Positions 31,369 to 42,445 of a DNA stretch of 64,000 bases are shown piece by piece. The notes below the pieces were generated by a model. The model had not been told where the DNA came from. It saw only the letters and a program-made list of their open reading frames with translations, and did not search any database. The number at the start of each line of letters is the position of its first letter. Position 1 is the stretch's first letter. Made by a program: the position numbers and the translations under genes. The stretch comes from Candidatus Poribacteria bacterium (GTDB lineage: Bacteria > Poribacteria > WGA-4E > WGA-3G), in contig OZ244048.1 in assembly GCA_965215265.1 (NCBI GenBank), positions 4,320,001 through 4,384,000 on the forward strand, in the 5' to 3' direction.

Positions 31369-31628
31369 TTTAGTATATCTCCGTACCATAAACGCTTATG
31401 CTTTGATAGCTCGTGTGTAAATCTCGCCGGAGGTTTCCGATGTTTAGATTCATAGCATCAAAAGTCTCCTACGAGAAAGGAATTGTCCCTGCAAGTGGCA
31501 GGATAGGTATCTTTGTCTGTCCATGAGACAAGATAACCTTTTACCTGCCACCCACTGGGCAGGGTGAATTCCCTTTGCACAGGATTTAACATAGCAGCAA
31601 CTGGCATCGGACTCCTGTAGACAAAAAA
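31369..31628. repeat. Family-1 element with a nested family-2/3 hairpin cassette
   Basis: Reverse complement of 31822-31986, interrupted by AAGGAATTGTCCCTGC...GGCAGG...CCTGCC...GCAGGGTGAATTCCCTT. Confidence 0.85.
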
Positions 31629-31821
31629 TCATTTCAAATTTTAATTTATTTTAGCATAGTTTTTGGAATATTGCAAGTTTTTTCTCGGAAAAAACGGAGC
31701 ATGTCCGTATCAAGTAGGCTCTTTTTTTATATTGTTTGAATCACGGATAGACGTGGGATTTTGGGATTGGTAGGATAATAGGTTGTTTGGTGTCTGATAA
31801 ATTAGAGTCTGGAGATGTGGC

Positions 31822-31986
31822 TTTTTTGGCTACAGGAGCCCGATGCCAGTTGCTGCTATGTTAAATCCTGTGTACATCTCGTCGGAGACTTTTGATGCTA
31901 TGAATCTAAACATCGGAAAACTCCGGCGAGATTTACACACGAGCTATCAAAGCATAAGCGTTTATGGTACGGAGATATACTAAAAA
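31822..31986. repeat. Family-1 element, full copy
   Basis: TTTTTTGGCTACAGGAGCCCGATGCC...GAATC...GGTACGGAGATATACTAAAA. Confidence 0.85.
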
Positions 31987-32015
31987 TGTTACAAAAATGA
32001 CATATTTGATGATTG

Positions 32016-34037
32016 TTATCCGGGCAATAAGCGATATCCGATGCCTGTCATCAGCCCGACGATGATCCAGATGCCGCCGATAAAGCATTCCCCTAAAACA
32101 ATACCTAAAACGAGTGGCCTCAGTTTACGATAATAAGCAACGCCGCCGAATTTGAGCACAATGTATTTCAGCAACCATCCAATAAAAAATGAGCCCCAAA
32201 AGCAGTAAGTCGCGTAGCTAGTCATCATCAAAGAGCCGATCGGATGCAATTTCCACCAGAGGTAGTACTGGCGGAGCCAGAACATTCCAAACATTGCAAT
32301 CCCACCGAAAATAAAGGAGCCGAGTCTCTCCAATTCAATTCCTTTCGGATGCTGTAAAATGCTGGTAAGTCGATTAAACGGGTTTTTCGCGGAAATCATA
32401 TAGGTCCAGTGTTGCAAATTGAGTGCCCCGTGCGTGTAAGCGAGGTCAATTGAAGAATAGTAGGAGATACCTATTGCGAGGACTATGGCTGCAGCTATTG
32501 CGACCAAAAAGGGACGTTGTTTGAGCCGGATCGGTTCTGCCAATTTAAAGTTGTTCATCACGCTCGGCATCAGGATTTCCCGCATATCAAACATCAAAAC
32601 CCGTTCGTATGCGACGAGTGTCCAGCTCGGTGCGTTGACGCGTGAACTGCCGAAAAGCGTAATGAGATACTCCCCGGGCAGGAAGGAGTATAGTACAAAC
32701 AACAAGCCTCCATTGGCAACCATCCATGTCATCACGGTTGTCAATCCGAGGAAGAGTGTCAATATGAAGAGTGCCACCCAGAAACTCATGCCGGCGCTGG
32801 TGCAGATAAGACTGAGTGCGAGTATGCCAAGGATTAATCCAGTAGTTGCCCAGACGTAAGGCAGCGGTTCGGTGTTATCATCCATTGGCTGTCTAGCGAA
32901 CGCTCGTCGAAAGTGCCGCTTGCCGCTCCATAGAATTAGCAAGATGAAAACAAGAAATCCGCCCATCTGCTGATTTTGATGGAAATTCCACTGATTTATT
33001 TTCGATCCGGTTGCGTAGATAAGGACTGTCTCCATCCTCCCCAGTAGAAAGAAAAACCAGAAGCTAAACGAAATCTCAAGCGTGAGTAAGTAAACGACAG
33101 CGATGACAGACGGATAAATAAAGAAATTAACCGAGGGCCACCATGCCAAAGCGGAGAGTGGTTTTTCGGTAAAAAATTTGGCAAGTGGAAAATAAACTGC
33201 CGGACTCGGAATCGCAGGAAAGTAAAGGTGTAACCCCCTCAGGCCATGCAGTATGACCGGTATTGCAAAACCGCACCACATCATAGGTGACTTAAAGAAT
33301 CGGTTTACAAGTGAGCCGCGAGATGGAGACTGAAACATTTCCAACGGTAATTGGACGAGTGGAAAGGTGAAACGTTCGTGTTCTACCCACTGCTTTCTGA
33401 GGAGGACCGTCCAGCAGATAGTGACAAAATAGAAAATGAGTACAAAGGTACTCCAGGCGATGATGGGCTTTACCCAAGCCCTCCAGGGAATACTACTGCT
33501 ATCCGGTAGCTGCTCATAAAAGTAAAAAACGGCTTTCGGGTCAGTGACGACCATCCAATCGGGGAGATGCTGATGAAACAGAGCTGCCCATTCGTTTTCT
33601 GGCGTTGCGAAGTAAAACGGGCTGACTGATAGAGGAATCAGGTATCGCATTAATCCTGAAGAAGGGATGCCTGACGCTACCAGCATCATGCCCCAGATAA
33701 CAAGGAGTTCGGGGCCTTGTAATTCTGCACCGGGTTTCGCCTTTTTGAGAAGTACATTGACTCCCAAGACGAAAATCAGCAGTGTGAAAACCACGGCAAT
33801 GGGGAGGTGATTACCAGCGAGGTAGGTGCCGCCGATAAGGAAGTCGTTGTAAGGGGTGGCAAGGCATTGGCATGTAACGGCAACGAGGCCGATGAGGAAA
33901 CTTCGAGTTGTGAGTCCGGTCATTGCAGGATGGGAGGTTCGTGCATTATTGACGGCGAATCGAGAACGTCGAAATTGAGTAGCGGGAGGAGGTTGCATAG
34001 AGATGCTTTTTTTTAAAGGAATACTTACATTTGGCAC
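32016..34037 (-). CDS. Polytopic membrane protein, DUF6785/DUF6784-like
   Basis: FATPENEW, RKQWVEHERFTFPLVQLP, WWKLHPIG, GIVLGE; paralog of 43240-45180; start uncertain. Confidence 0.75.
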   Translation of the reverse strand: MPNVSIPLKKSISMQPPPATQFRRSRFAVNNARTSHPAMTGLTTRSFLIGLVAVTCQCLATPYNDFLIGGTYLAGNHLPIAVVFTLLIFVLGVNVLLKKAKPGAELQGPELLVIWGMMLVASGIPSSGLMRYLIPLSVSPFYFATPENEWAALFHQHLPDWMVVTDPKAVFYFYEQLPDSSSIPWRAWVKPIIAWSTFVLIFYFVTICWTVLLRKQWVEHERFTFPLVQLPLEMFQSPSRGSLVNRFFKSPMMWCGFAIPVILHGLRGLHLYFPAIPSPAVYFPLAKFFTEKPLSALAWWPSVNFFIYPSVIAVVYLLTLEISFSFWFFFLLGRMETVLIYATGSKINQWNFHQNQQMGGFLVFILLILWSGKRHFRRAFARQPMDDNTEPLPYVWATTGLILGILALSLICTSAGMSFWVALFILTLFLGLTTVMTWMVANGGLLFVLYSFLPGEYLITLFGSSRVNAPSWTLVAYERVLMFDMREILMPSVMNNFKLAEPIRLKQRPFLVAIAAAIVLAIGISYYSSIDLAYTHGALNLQHWTYMISAKNPFNRLTSILQHPKGIELERLGSFIFGGIAMFGMFWLRQYYLWWKLHPIGSLMMTSYATYCFWGSFFIGWLLKYIVLKFGGVAYYRKLRPLVLGIVLGECFIGGIWIIVGLMTGIGYRLLPG

Positions 34038-35286
34038 CGGTGAGGGATGTCAGGCCTATTTAGTCGAGCAGTTTTTAGGAAGCACCCTTTAAAGTTATGA
34101 GTAATTCCTCCGTAAAAAGTTACCATTTGGTAACTTTTTTATAATTTTTGAAACACTTGAGAATCCAGTCACTATAACCATTAATAGCGTTTTTTGATTT
34201 TGCATGATCAAAAGAAACGGAAAGTGTAACAAATTTTGCGGTTCAGGTTAAGGGGCTTATTTTTGCTGGATTTCCAAGATTTAGGAAGTTCTGATATGAA
34301 AATATTGTTTCACTCCCGGACAAATCGTTGAGTTTATTCCTAGGATCTTGAGCCTTTTCCTGTTCCGTTGCCCGCATTTCTTCATCTATTGGAAGTTCAA
34401 CGCGCGTGGGTGGAGTCGTAACCTCTACATGAAATAACAATTCCTGCACCTGTTTGTCGCCATTGTGGCTCTGAGAGTGACTTTTGAAGCGTTGGTAATC
34501 GATAGTAGAACTCAAAGTTGCCTCACCACGAGTAGATAGGACGGAAAGAATTGCGTCAGATGAAAGAATACCCTCGTTGCTGTAACTGACGATGATATGT
34601 TTCGCATCCGCTTTTTCGACTAAATCTGTCAATGCTGAAAGACAACTCGTCTTTGAGCAGTACACCGGTTTTTCTGATTCTCCATAATCACGCAATCCAG
34701 TTTTTCCGTGAATCGACGGGTTATCGTAGCGAGCAATCGTCTCTAACAGGTGGTAATTCGTAATATATTGGCGCGTGTTGTAGGGTGGATCTATGTACAG
34801 TACATCGCACTGAATCTCGTTAATCAGGTCATTGGCAGGTTTGTGATAGACACGATGAGGTAGCGGGGATGGAATAATATTCACGGGTACTAAGGTTAGT
34901 GGTTTGTAAGTGCGGGCATCCCAGTGTTTTAGATAGGCTGCATAGGTTCCGGAGATATTGGCAACTTTCGATGTAGCCTCCAATAAAGGCAATAACAGTA
35001 GATAAAATTCGCTTTCCGTAATTTCGCCAGATTCCCGCCACGTCTCAATTTGTTGACGAATTGCATCAATCTTTTGTCCATTGACATCAGACAGGTACTG
35101 CCGACAGAATTCGTTGTTGCCAGATGGGCAGTACGCGTTGAAGATGAAGCCTTTTTTGCCGGGTAGCCAGTTTAACCAGGCAATAACCTGGTTATAGGCG
35201 GATAAGGAGGTAAACAGGTCAGCATTTCCTACATTGCTAAGGGTATTAATGATTCCGGCGAATTGCGGCTCTTCGTTATTGGCAAT

Positions 35287-35371
35287 TTTCGTATATCTCC
35301 GTACCATCAACGTCTTGGTAATCATAACTCGTGTGTAAATCTCGTCTGAGCCGTTCGATGTATTGTCTCTA
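35287..35371. mobile_element. Family-1 half element inside the D12 MTase
   Basis: Removing it restores QHAF-IANNEEP. Confidence 0.8.
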
Positions 35372-35585
35372 AAAGGCATGTTGAAAAGCAGAGGAAAGTT
35401 CCAATAAATCATTGGTGATAATTTGAAACCCTTGTTTTTTGAAATGTGCGGCGACACTAGCGGTGCCTGCGAAAAGGTCGCAGAACACGCCTTCTTTTGG
35501 AGATTCACCCCGCTGGCGGGGACAAATCCTCAATAACAAGTTTTTCTGTGACAAGGTGTTCAATATAGGTTAATAGGTTCAATTT

Positions 35586-35674
35586 TTTTTGTATATCTCC
35601 GTACCGTCAACGCTTATGTCGTGGGTACTCGTGTGTAAATCTCGTCGGAGGTTATCTATGCTATGATTCATATT
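35586..35674. mobile_element. Family-1 half element in codon 7 of the D12 MTase
   Basis: Removing it restores ATG CGT TAT ATC GGC TGT AAA TTG AAC (MRYIGCKLN). Confidence 0.85.
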
Positions 35675-35816
35675 ACAGCCGATATAACGCATCTTGTATA
35701 GGTGGTTGACAGTACAGGTTGCACAACTTTAACCCTACCTCCTTGTGTATTTCGTTTAGTTAATTAAAACATAAAGCGGCTCATGTTTGCAAGTTAAATA
35801 TGAGTGTAAATCGTTC

Positions 35817-37406
35817 TTAAAAACCAAACGGTAAGGTCGGGATTAAGGGTTTGCCAGTATACGGATTTATCATATCCGGCATTCTCGGTATATTTTGCCT
35901 TTTCTCTTCGAATCGGCTTTCAATGGAGTAGAGTTGGAGGCGCGGAAAAAGATTATTCCCTATCTGGACATTACCGAATTTTGAGAGCTCGTTTTGTGAT
36001 GCTTTGGAGGAGACAGGCTCCAAGGTAATATAGATGCCCATGACGGCATTTTCGCGATGGACAACATGGAGAAAATCACGAAGGTGACTGAGTGAAAACT
36101 TTCCACTTTTGACTTGGGCGAGAACGATTTTGCGGTAGCCGTCTTCTGGGGTTTCAAGTGTATTACCGATTCCATCAATGCCGCTATCCGCTCCACCGCT
36201 TTCGTTAGGAACAAGTCCGGGAATAAGGTTAATTGCCCATATCTCAAAATGCCTACGGTTCTCTTTAGCAAGACGGTGTGCACTCCTAAGGTCCGCGGGA
36301 ATGCCATAGGTTGAGATGTTTCTGCCTGGAAATCGTTGGTTCTTGATAACATCCAAAGCGGAAGGATTGATGTCAATGCCGATCCACTTTCGTTTTAGGA
36401 GATCCGCGGCGACAACGGTTGTGCCACACCCACAGAACGGATCAAGGACAGTATCACCTTCATCCGATGATGAATTGATGATGCGTTCGAGGAGTTCTAT
36501 AGGTTTCTGCGTATTGTATCCGAGACTGGACTTCCCACGAACTGGTGGAATGTCTGTCCAGATGTCCTGCAACGGAACACCTTTCGCTTCACTCAGGTAC
36601 TTTTTGTAATAATACGGACCGCCTTCTCTAAGTTGCACAAGGCGGTTGGATTTAGACATCTGTGTCATGTTTTCTTCACTGAACCGCCAAGCACGCGTGA
36701 TACCTTTAAAGGTATACGGTTTATTGCCACCTGCCTCGTTGGTACAGGGCAGCAGCCGATATAATCCTATTCCGTCTTTATGTTTGTAATGGGATTTAAC
36801 ATACGCAGTATCATAAGGCATGTATTGGATGCGATACTTAGTTTTGTTGGACATGCCGTAAAAAAGGATGGTGTCGTGGTTTCTTCCCATGTGACTTTTG
36901 GCGAGGTTGTGCGTATCTAACCGACGTTTCCAGACAATTTCATTTCGGAAATTGTCTGACCCGAAAATTGTATCCATAACGATTTTGAGATAGTGACTTG
37001 CTGTATCATCACAGTGGAGATAGATACTGCCTGTCGGCTTGAGAAGCCGCTTCATCTCAACTAAGCGGATTGCCATATAACTGATGTATGCCATCATGCC
37101 GCAGTTGCCGAGGATGAGGTGCAACCCGGCGATAGTTTTATGAATTGGTGATGTAACCATGCCGGTAAGTTCATCGACTCGGGCTTGTACCTCGCGGCTC
37201 CAATGCCACGTATCATCAAATGCTTTAAGCGAGGCAGAAGGTGTCTCCTTATTTGCGGCTTCAATCGCGTAAAGTTGATTGAACTTCTGCTTGGAATTGA
37301 AGGGCGGATCGGCGTACATCATATCCACCCAGCTATCCTGCCATTGGTGCATAATCTCCAAATTGTCGCCATAGTAGAGACTGTTGTATTCAGGAATTGT
37401 TAACAT
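35817..37406 (-). CDS. N6/N4 DNA methyltransferase with a C-terminal Mrr-like endonuclease domain (appears intact)
   Basis: GDNLEIM, YADPPFNS, GSIYLHCD, GYNTQKP, LDPFCGCGTT, C-terminal GADSGIDG...AQVKSG; the ORF-track start lies inside a repeat. Confidence 0.9.
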   Translation of the reverse strand: MLTIPEYNSLYYGDNLEIMHQWQDSWVDMMYADPPFNSKQKFNQLYAIEAANKETPSASLKAFDDTWHWSREVQARVDELTGMVTSPIHKTIAGLHLILGNCGMMAYISYMAIRLVEMKRLLKPTGSIYLHCDDTASHYLKIVMDTIFGSDNFRNEIVWKRRLDTHNLAKSHMGRNHDTILFYGMSNKTKYRIQYMPYDTAYVKSHYKHKDGIGLYRLLPCTNEAGGNKPYTFKGITRAWRFSEENMTQMSKSNRLVQLREGGPYYYKKYLSEAKGVPLQDIWTDIPPVRGKSSLGYNTQKPIELLERIINSSSDEGDTVLDPFCGCGTTVVAADLLKRKWIGIDINPSALDVIKNQRFPGRNISTYGIPADLRSAHRLAKENRRHFEIWAINLIPGLVPNESGGADSGIDGIGNTLETPEDGYRKIVLAQVKSGKFSLSHLRDFLHVVHRENAVMGIYITLEPVSSKASQNELSKFGNVQIGNNLFPRLQLYSIESRFEEKRQNIPRMPDMINPYTGKPLIPTLPFGF

Positions 37407-37419
37407 GACAAATTTCCTC

Positions 37420-37613
37420 TTTTTAGTATATCTCCGTACCATAACCACTTATGCTTTGATAGCTCGTGTGTAAATCTTGGCAGGTTCGGTATTCTTTGTC
37501 TGTCCATGAGACAAGATAACCTTTTATCTGCCACCCACTGGGCAGGGTGAATTCCCTTTGTACAGGATTTAACATAGCAGCAATTGGCATCGGGCTCCTG
37601 TAGACAAAAAAAA
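37420..37613. repeat. Composite family-1/family-2 element
   Basis: Nearly identical to 24954-25148. Confidence 0.85.
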
Positions 37614-37619
37614 TCATTA

Positions 37620-38843
37620 TCAACTGCGCAAATCAAAAACGGTTTTGACTGTGCCTGATGTACCCGTGTTGAGCGCGGTATGGATTGCGCGTTTGTAATC
37701 CAGTAACGAAAAGAGTGGACCAACCAGTGGGCGCAATTGTGTTCCCATTTGTTGTAGCAGCTGCATGCCCAGCGTAAACGTATGAATCTGTTCGCCGTTA
37801 TGTGTTTCAAACCCATAGGTGTATGCCCCTTTAACGCGCAACTGTTTATACCAAACCGAATTCCAATCGATGTTTTTCGGGATGCCTGGCATCCCGAGTA
37901 GGATGACTTCTCCACTGGCCCGGGTGAAACGGAGTGCATCGTCTATGGTGATGCTGGATGCGATACAATCAAATGTGACATCTACGCCTCCTAATAAAAC
38001 TTGTTGCCCTAATTCGGGCTGATACGATTCTGCGTTTGTTAATTCACAAAACGCCGCATAACGTCCTTTATTTGGAGTTACTACCTCATCTGCACCAAGT
38101 TCTCGTGCGAATTGCTGCTGGTGTGGATACTTTGCGAAACTGAGGATGCGATTTTGATGCCCAAGCATCCGGAGTGCTGCGACGGTGAGCAATCCGATGC
38201 TTCCGCCGCCGAGTATACAGATATCGTCTGTTGGTTTGAGTTCTGTCTGCAAAATGCCGTGTAGGGCGCAGGCAAATGGTTCCAGTAGCACCGCCACTTC
38301 ATCTGAAATGTCATCTGGCACGAGATGGAGTTGTGATTGATGTGCGACGAGATATTGGCTCCAACCGCCGCCGGTGTCGCGACAATACCCGGTTTGAATG
38401 CCTGCAGAAATGCTGCCTTTTGTGATATTTTCACAATTGGAGAAGTGTGAATCTCGGCACTGATAGCACATAGGCGAAATTTCTCTCGCCTTACACGACA
38501 ATGCAGGTTCGATCACTACCCTTGTCCCGATGGCCATATCTTGCACTGCAGAACCTACCTCGGCAATTTCTCCAATGATTTCGTGTCCAATTACAAAGGG
38601 GAAGGAGGTGAATGGCGAAAAATAGGGACTCCCTTTTGCTGTAATCGTTGCCAAATCAGAGCCACAGATGCCACTGAGTTGGGTTTTTATCTTTACCCAT
38701 TCTGGTGTCGGCAATTGCGGCTCCGGAATATCGACGAGGCGTAGACAAGACAAAGGCGACGTATAGAGGGGTGGCCATCTGCTTCCAAGGAAACGCGTGG
38801 CTAGATAGCGTGGGATGCTTTTCGTGTACTGGATGGCTTGCAC
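37620..38843 (-). CDS. Zinc-binding (MDR) dehydrogenase
   Basis: SGICGSD, GHEIIG, structural Cys cluster, EPFACALH, GGGSIG. Confidence 0.9.
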   Translation of the reverse strand: MQAIQYTKSIPRYLATRFLGSRWPPLYTSPLSCLRLVDIPEPQLPTPEWVKIKTQLSGICGSDLATITAKGSPYFSPFTSFPFVIGHEIIGEIAEVGSAVQDMAIGTRVVIEPALSCKAREISPMCYQCRDSHFSNCENITKGSISAGIQTGYCRDTGGGWSQYLVAHQSQLHLVPDDISDEVAVLLEPFACALHGILQTELKPTDDICILGGGSIGLLTVAALRMLGHQNRILSFAKYPHQQQFARELGADEVVTPNKGRYAAFCELTNAESYQPELGQQVLLGGVDVTFDCIASSITIDDALRFTRASGEVILLGMPGIPKNIDWNSVWYKQLRVKGAYTYGFETHNGEQIHTFTLGMQLLQQMGTQLRPLVGPLFSLLDYKRAIHTALNTGTSGTVKTVFDLRS

Positions 38844-39005
38844 TGCGTTATAGACACCTCTATTGCGTGAGTGACTCCGACGGAGCTCTATCTTCGCGAA
38901 TGACCCATTTGCTCATTGCTTTTTCAATTACCTTAATCAGTTTTTCTTTTTAGTCTCCAAAGAAAGCGCAGAAATCATCAGCCCGGGGACTATCACAGAG
39001 ATGAC

Positions 39006-40202
39006 TTACGCATTTGTCTCATTCTGATAGTACTCCATCAAAATCTTAGCAACTTCAGGACGTGCGATTTCCGGGGGTAACGGTTTGCCCGCAGCGAGTA
39101 GTTCGCGTTGCTTCGTGCCGGAGATGGAGAAATAATCGTCTCCACCGTGCGGACAATCTCGCATCATGACGATTTTATTACACTTGTGGCACCAGACTGT
39201 AAAGTCACCTCGGAAGAGCTGAATATGCAATGCATCTTTAGGAATTTCATGAAATATGTGTTGTGCATCAAAGGGACCGTAATAGTCACCTGCCCCGGCG
39301 TGGTCTCGTCCGACGATGAAGTGTGTGCAACCGCAGTTCTGACGGAACACTGCGTGCAGGAGTGCTTCTCTTGGTCCGGCGTAAAGCATATCAAAACCGT
39401 AGCCGGTAATAGAGACGGTGTTTTCTGGGAAATAGTGTTTTACCATAGCGCGGATGGCAGCATCGCGAACAGCAGCGGGTATATCCCCCGGTTTGAGTTT
39501 ACCGAGGAGCATGTGAATTAAGATGCCGTCGGCGTTGACTTCTTGTTGTGCAATTTTACAGAGTTCTTCATGAGCACGGTGCATCGGGTTGCGGGTCTGG
39601 AAAGCGACGACCTTGTTCCATCCACGCGATGCAATATCTTCGCGAATCTCTACGGCGGTTCGGAATGTATCCGGAAAATCTAAACGGAAATAGGAGTAGT
39701 TCAGCACCTGGATGGGCCCGGATAAGACGTTGTCGCCTACATCTGCATAAGCGGGGACCCCGGGATGTGCAGCGTCTGCGGTGCCAAAAGTCTTCTGGAT
39801 AAGGAATTGTTTCTGTTCTTTTGAGAGTGTCTCAATTGCCGAAACCTTTAAAATCGCCAGCGGTGGATTGCCTTCGACGTTCGCGTCGCGTAGAGCGATT
39901 CGTTCTGCGTTTTTCACTGCGTTAGTGAGTTGTTCTCCTGGAACGATGTTCATCACAGGGACCGGCCAGAAAAGTCCGTTGGGGAGTTTCATATCCGCGG
40001 CGACGCTCGTCGCTTCGGCGATGTTCATGTAGCCTGTGAGCGGTGTAAAGTAACCGGCTGCCAACATAACTGCAGAGGCGGCAGCACCAGAAGAGATGAG
40101 AACTGAGGGGAGGTGTTCTGCCTCTTTTGCCAATTCGTTACGTTGTGCATCGTCCGCGATGTAACGCGGGTCTAAGGTTTCGGCACCATGTGGTTGAATC
40201 AT
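39006..40202 (-). CDS. sat: Sulfate adenylyltransferase
   Basis: AFQTRNPMHRAHE, YAGPREALLHA, FIVGRDHAG, ISGTKQRE. Confidence 0.95.
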   Translation of the reverse strand: MIQPHGAETLDPRYIADDAQRNELAKEAEHLPSVLISSGAAASAVMLAAGYFTPLTGYMNIAEATSVAADMKLPNGLFWPVPVMNIVPGEQLTNAVKNAERIALRDANVEGNPPLAILKVSAIETLSKEQKQFLIQKTFGTADAAHPGVPAYADVGDNVLSGPIQVLNYSYFRLDFPDTFRTAVEIREDIASRGWNKVVAFQTRNPMHRAHEELCKIAQQEVNADGILIHMLLGKLKPGDIPAAVRDAAIRAMVKHYFPENTVSITGYGFDMLYAGPREALLHAVFRQNCGCTHFIVGRDHAGAGDYYGPFDAQHIFHEIPKDALHIQLFRGDFTVWCHKCNKIVMMRDCPHGGDDYFSISGTKQRELLAAGKPLPPEIARPEVAKILMEYYQNETNA

Positions 40203-40284
40203 TAAATTCTCCTTGCGCGAATCTTATATTCGCTCTGTATCATATATCACAAATGTTGTACACTGACGGGAAGGCGTTTCTGTC

Positions 40285-42423
40285 TTAGCGTTCACTTTCA
40301 TCCGAGGCGGCTATCTGCTCAACGGTACAGCCGTTCCAGATCCAATAATTGTGTTTCCTATCCCATTCTTCCTCGGTTCCCACGCGTCGTTTGGGCGTGA
40401 AGATGACTTGTGTGAGGTAACCGTCTGTCACTTCCACTGTATAGACATGCTCAACGAATCCGTGTTTGTCATAAACGATCGGGCGTTCTCCGGGTACTTT
40501 GTCTGAAAGAGTATGTGGGATGTCTACATTGTCGCGACGGATGGTGAATTTTTTAAGAACCGATTTCCTATTTGCTAACAGATTAACTGTATGCACTGCG
40601 TCCTCTGCTGTGCAGAAGGTATTGGTGACGCGATAAGTCCCATTAGGGAGGTCAAGTTTGAAGGCGGCATCTTCCTTTCCCCATACAGCATCCCGAATCA
40701 ATGCGGGCTTGCTTTTTTCCCCATGATATGCTTCATGTGGCGCGCTCGTATCCCAGCCGAATTTACCGTTCTCGTAGACAGTATTAGGGCCAATTGCGTG
40801 GTAATTCTCCGCTGTCTGGGCGTTGTGCGGCTGCATATCAAAACGGATTATAAGGTTGCCGTCTTCTGACTTCTCCCATAGTTCGAGGTTTGGACCTCGC
40901 GCACGTTTTTTTCTAAACAGTTGGAGGTGTTTCGTTTCATGGATGATTTCATAACCGTCCTCCGTAAGTTCTTTCTCTGCCTTTGAGTCGTACCAGGCGA
41001 CAACATAATCTACCGGGATTTTTTCTCTAGCAGTGTTCCGGTTAACCGGGAAGTAATTATAAGCGGATTCGTAGTTTGCAAGATGGACAACATCATTCGC
41101 ATAGACACCGTAGAAAGATGCGGAATGCACGAAGGGTGTAACGTATTCAATCTTTCCTAACGCCTCAGATTTATGCCAATCCTCTGCTCGAATTTCAAAC
41201 ACCGTGTGCGGTTCTATCAGACGTGTGCCTGTGACAAGTTCTTCAATCTCCGGGGCAATGCGTCCATGGTCATAGGCAGTCCTGCCGAAGTGGATTAAGG
41301 TGAAAATAATCAGACAGGCAGTGAGAGTGTAGCGAAAGAGTTTGCCCATATTCGGAATTAACCATGGCACTAACATCAGCAGAATATAGAGGTGGATGCG
41401 ATCGTTAATCCAGCCGCCGTGTCCATAACTCCACGGTGCCCTGATGAACATATAGGTAAATAGGAGTGCAATCAGCAAGAAAGCATCGGTTGGTTTGACC
41501 CACTGCCTTCGGTGAATTCTGTAGCCGAGAGAAATAATAACTGCAACGCCTAAAACTGCAAGTAGGACGTGGTTGACTGGAATATGCCAATCCGTAAAAT
41601 AGACTATCGACTTAATACCCAAGAAGTATTCCCAAATCCATTCCAGGCCCCTATGGTTTCCTTGTTGATACTGTTTCATGCTTTGTAGGTAGTATCCCAT
41701 CAGTACAAAGTACATCGGAATCATGTAGAGCAGGAAGCGTGAAAACGGTTTAAGACTGACAACGAACTGTCGGAGCATCGCAGTGGCACGTTCGCTCCGG
41801 GCCTGCCACGTTTCTGCTAACGCCTTGCCACCCCCGAGTGAGCCAGCCGCGACAGAGATTCCTAACACGACAAGCCCATAAGAGGCGATGTGTGAAAGGT
41901 AGGTGAGCAGCAGCAACACATAGAGGACAGTGAGATGTTTTACCTGCATTTCTTCCTTATGCTTCCACCAAAACCCGAAACTGAAAAAGAAGAAGGAGAT
42001 GCTCAGCGTGAAGTTGTAAAACCCCATGTAAAGGAGGTAGTTATAAGCGAACGGGAATCCAAGCCATGCGAATGTAAAGCCTCGCTTATGAACAGCGTCC
42101 ACAAAATAGAAGAAAGCAATCGGGATCATCCCTATTGCGAGCGTGAGAAAGACCTTTTCAGCAATGACAGGTGGAAACACGTAGAGGAGTAGCGCCAATA
42201 AAATATGAGAGAGCCAGTTCGGGAAAACGGTTATGTTAAGCTGCCATGCGTCCCGAAGTTTGTGGTTTTCGTGTTTGGCGTACTCTGTCAGCACTAAGCC
42301 GTTGTAGACGTGACTCACGCCATCTTGAGAGGGGAAATAGGCAAAGATCCAGATCGGCATGAGATGCAATATCAACAAGACGATGAATAGATGCTTCCAG
42401 GACAAGTTGCTCCAATTGAACAT
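40285..42423 (-). CDS. Polytopic membrane protein, possibly a GT-C-fold glycosyltransferase, with a C-terminal soluble domain
   Basis: FPSQDGVSH, PNW, YMGFYNF, many TM helices. Confidence 0.55.
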   Translation of the reverse strand: MFNWSNLSWKHLFIVLLILHLMPIWIFAYFPSQDGVSHVYNGLVLTEYAKHENHKLRDAWQLNITVFPNWLSHILLALLLYVFPPVIAEKVFLTLAIGMIPIAFFYFVDAVHKRGFTFAWLGFPFAYNYLLYMGFYNFTLSISFFFFSFGFWWKHKEEMQVKHLTVLYVLLLLTYLSHIASYGLVVLGISVAAGSLGGGKALAETWQARSERATAMLRQFVVSLKPFSRFLLYMIPMYFVLMGYYLQSMKQYQQGNHRGLEWIWEYFLGIKSIVYFTDWHIPVNHVLLAVLGVAVIISLGYRIHRRQWVKPTDAFLLIALLFTYMFIRAPWSYGHGGWINDRIHLYILLMLVPWLIPNMGKLFRYTLTACLIIFTLIHFGRTAYDHGRIAPEIEELVTGTRLIEPHTVFEIRAEDWHKSEALGKIEYVTPFVHSASFYGVYANDVVHLANYESAYNYFPVNRNTAREKIPVDYVVAWYDSKAEKELTEDGYEIIHETKHLQLFRKKRARGPNLELWEKSEDGNLIIRFDMQPHNAQTAENYHAIGPNTVYENGKFGWDTSAPHEAYHGEKSKPALIRDAVWGKEDAAFKLDLPNGTYRVTNTFCTAEDAVHTVNLLANRKSVLKKFTIRRDNVDIPHTLSDKVPGERPIVYDKHGFVEHVYTVEVTDGYLTQVIFTPKRRVGTEEEWDRKHNYWIWNGCTVEQIAASDESER

Positions 42424-42445
42424 CTGTTTCCCTCCATTTAGACTC

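Larger units (their letters stand above)
34243..35692 (-). pseudogene. Dam/FokI-like (D12-class) adenine methyltransferase with two half-element insertions, a frameshift and a truncated C-terminal second domain
   Basis: MRYIGC|K-LNLL (ATG 35692), FCDLFAGTASV, ITND, LYIDPPYNTRQY; ends DPRNKLNDLSG and then degenerates. Confidence 0.85.
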
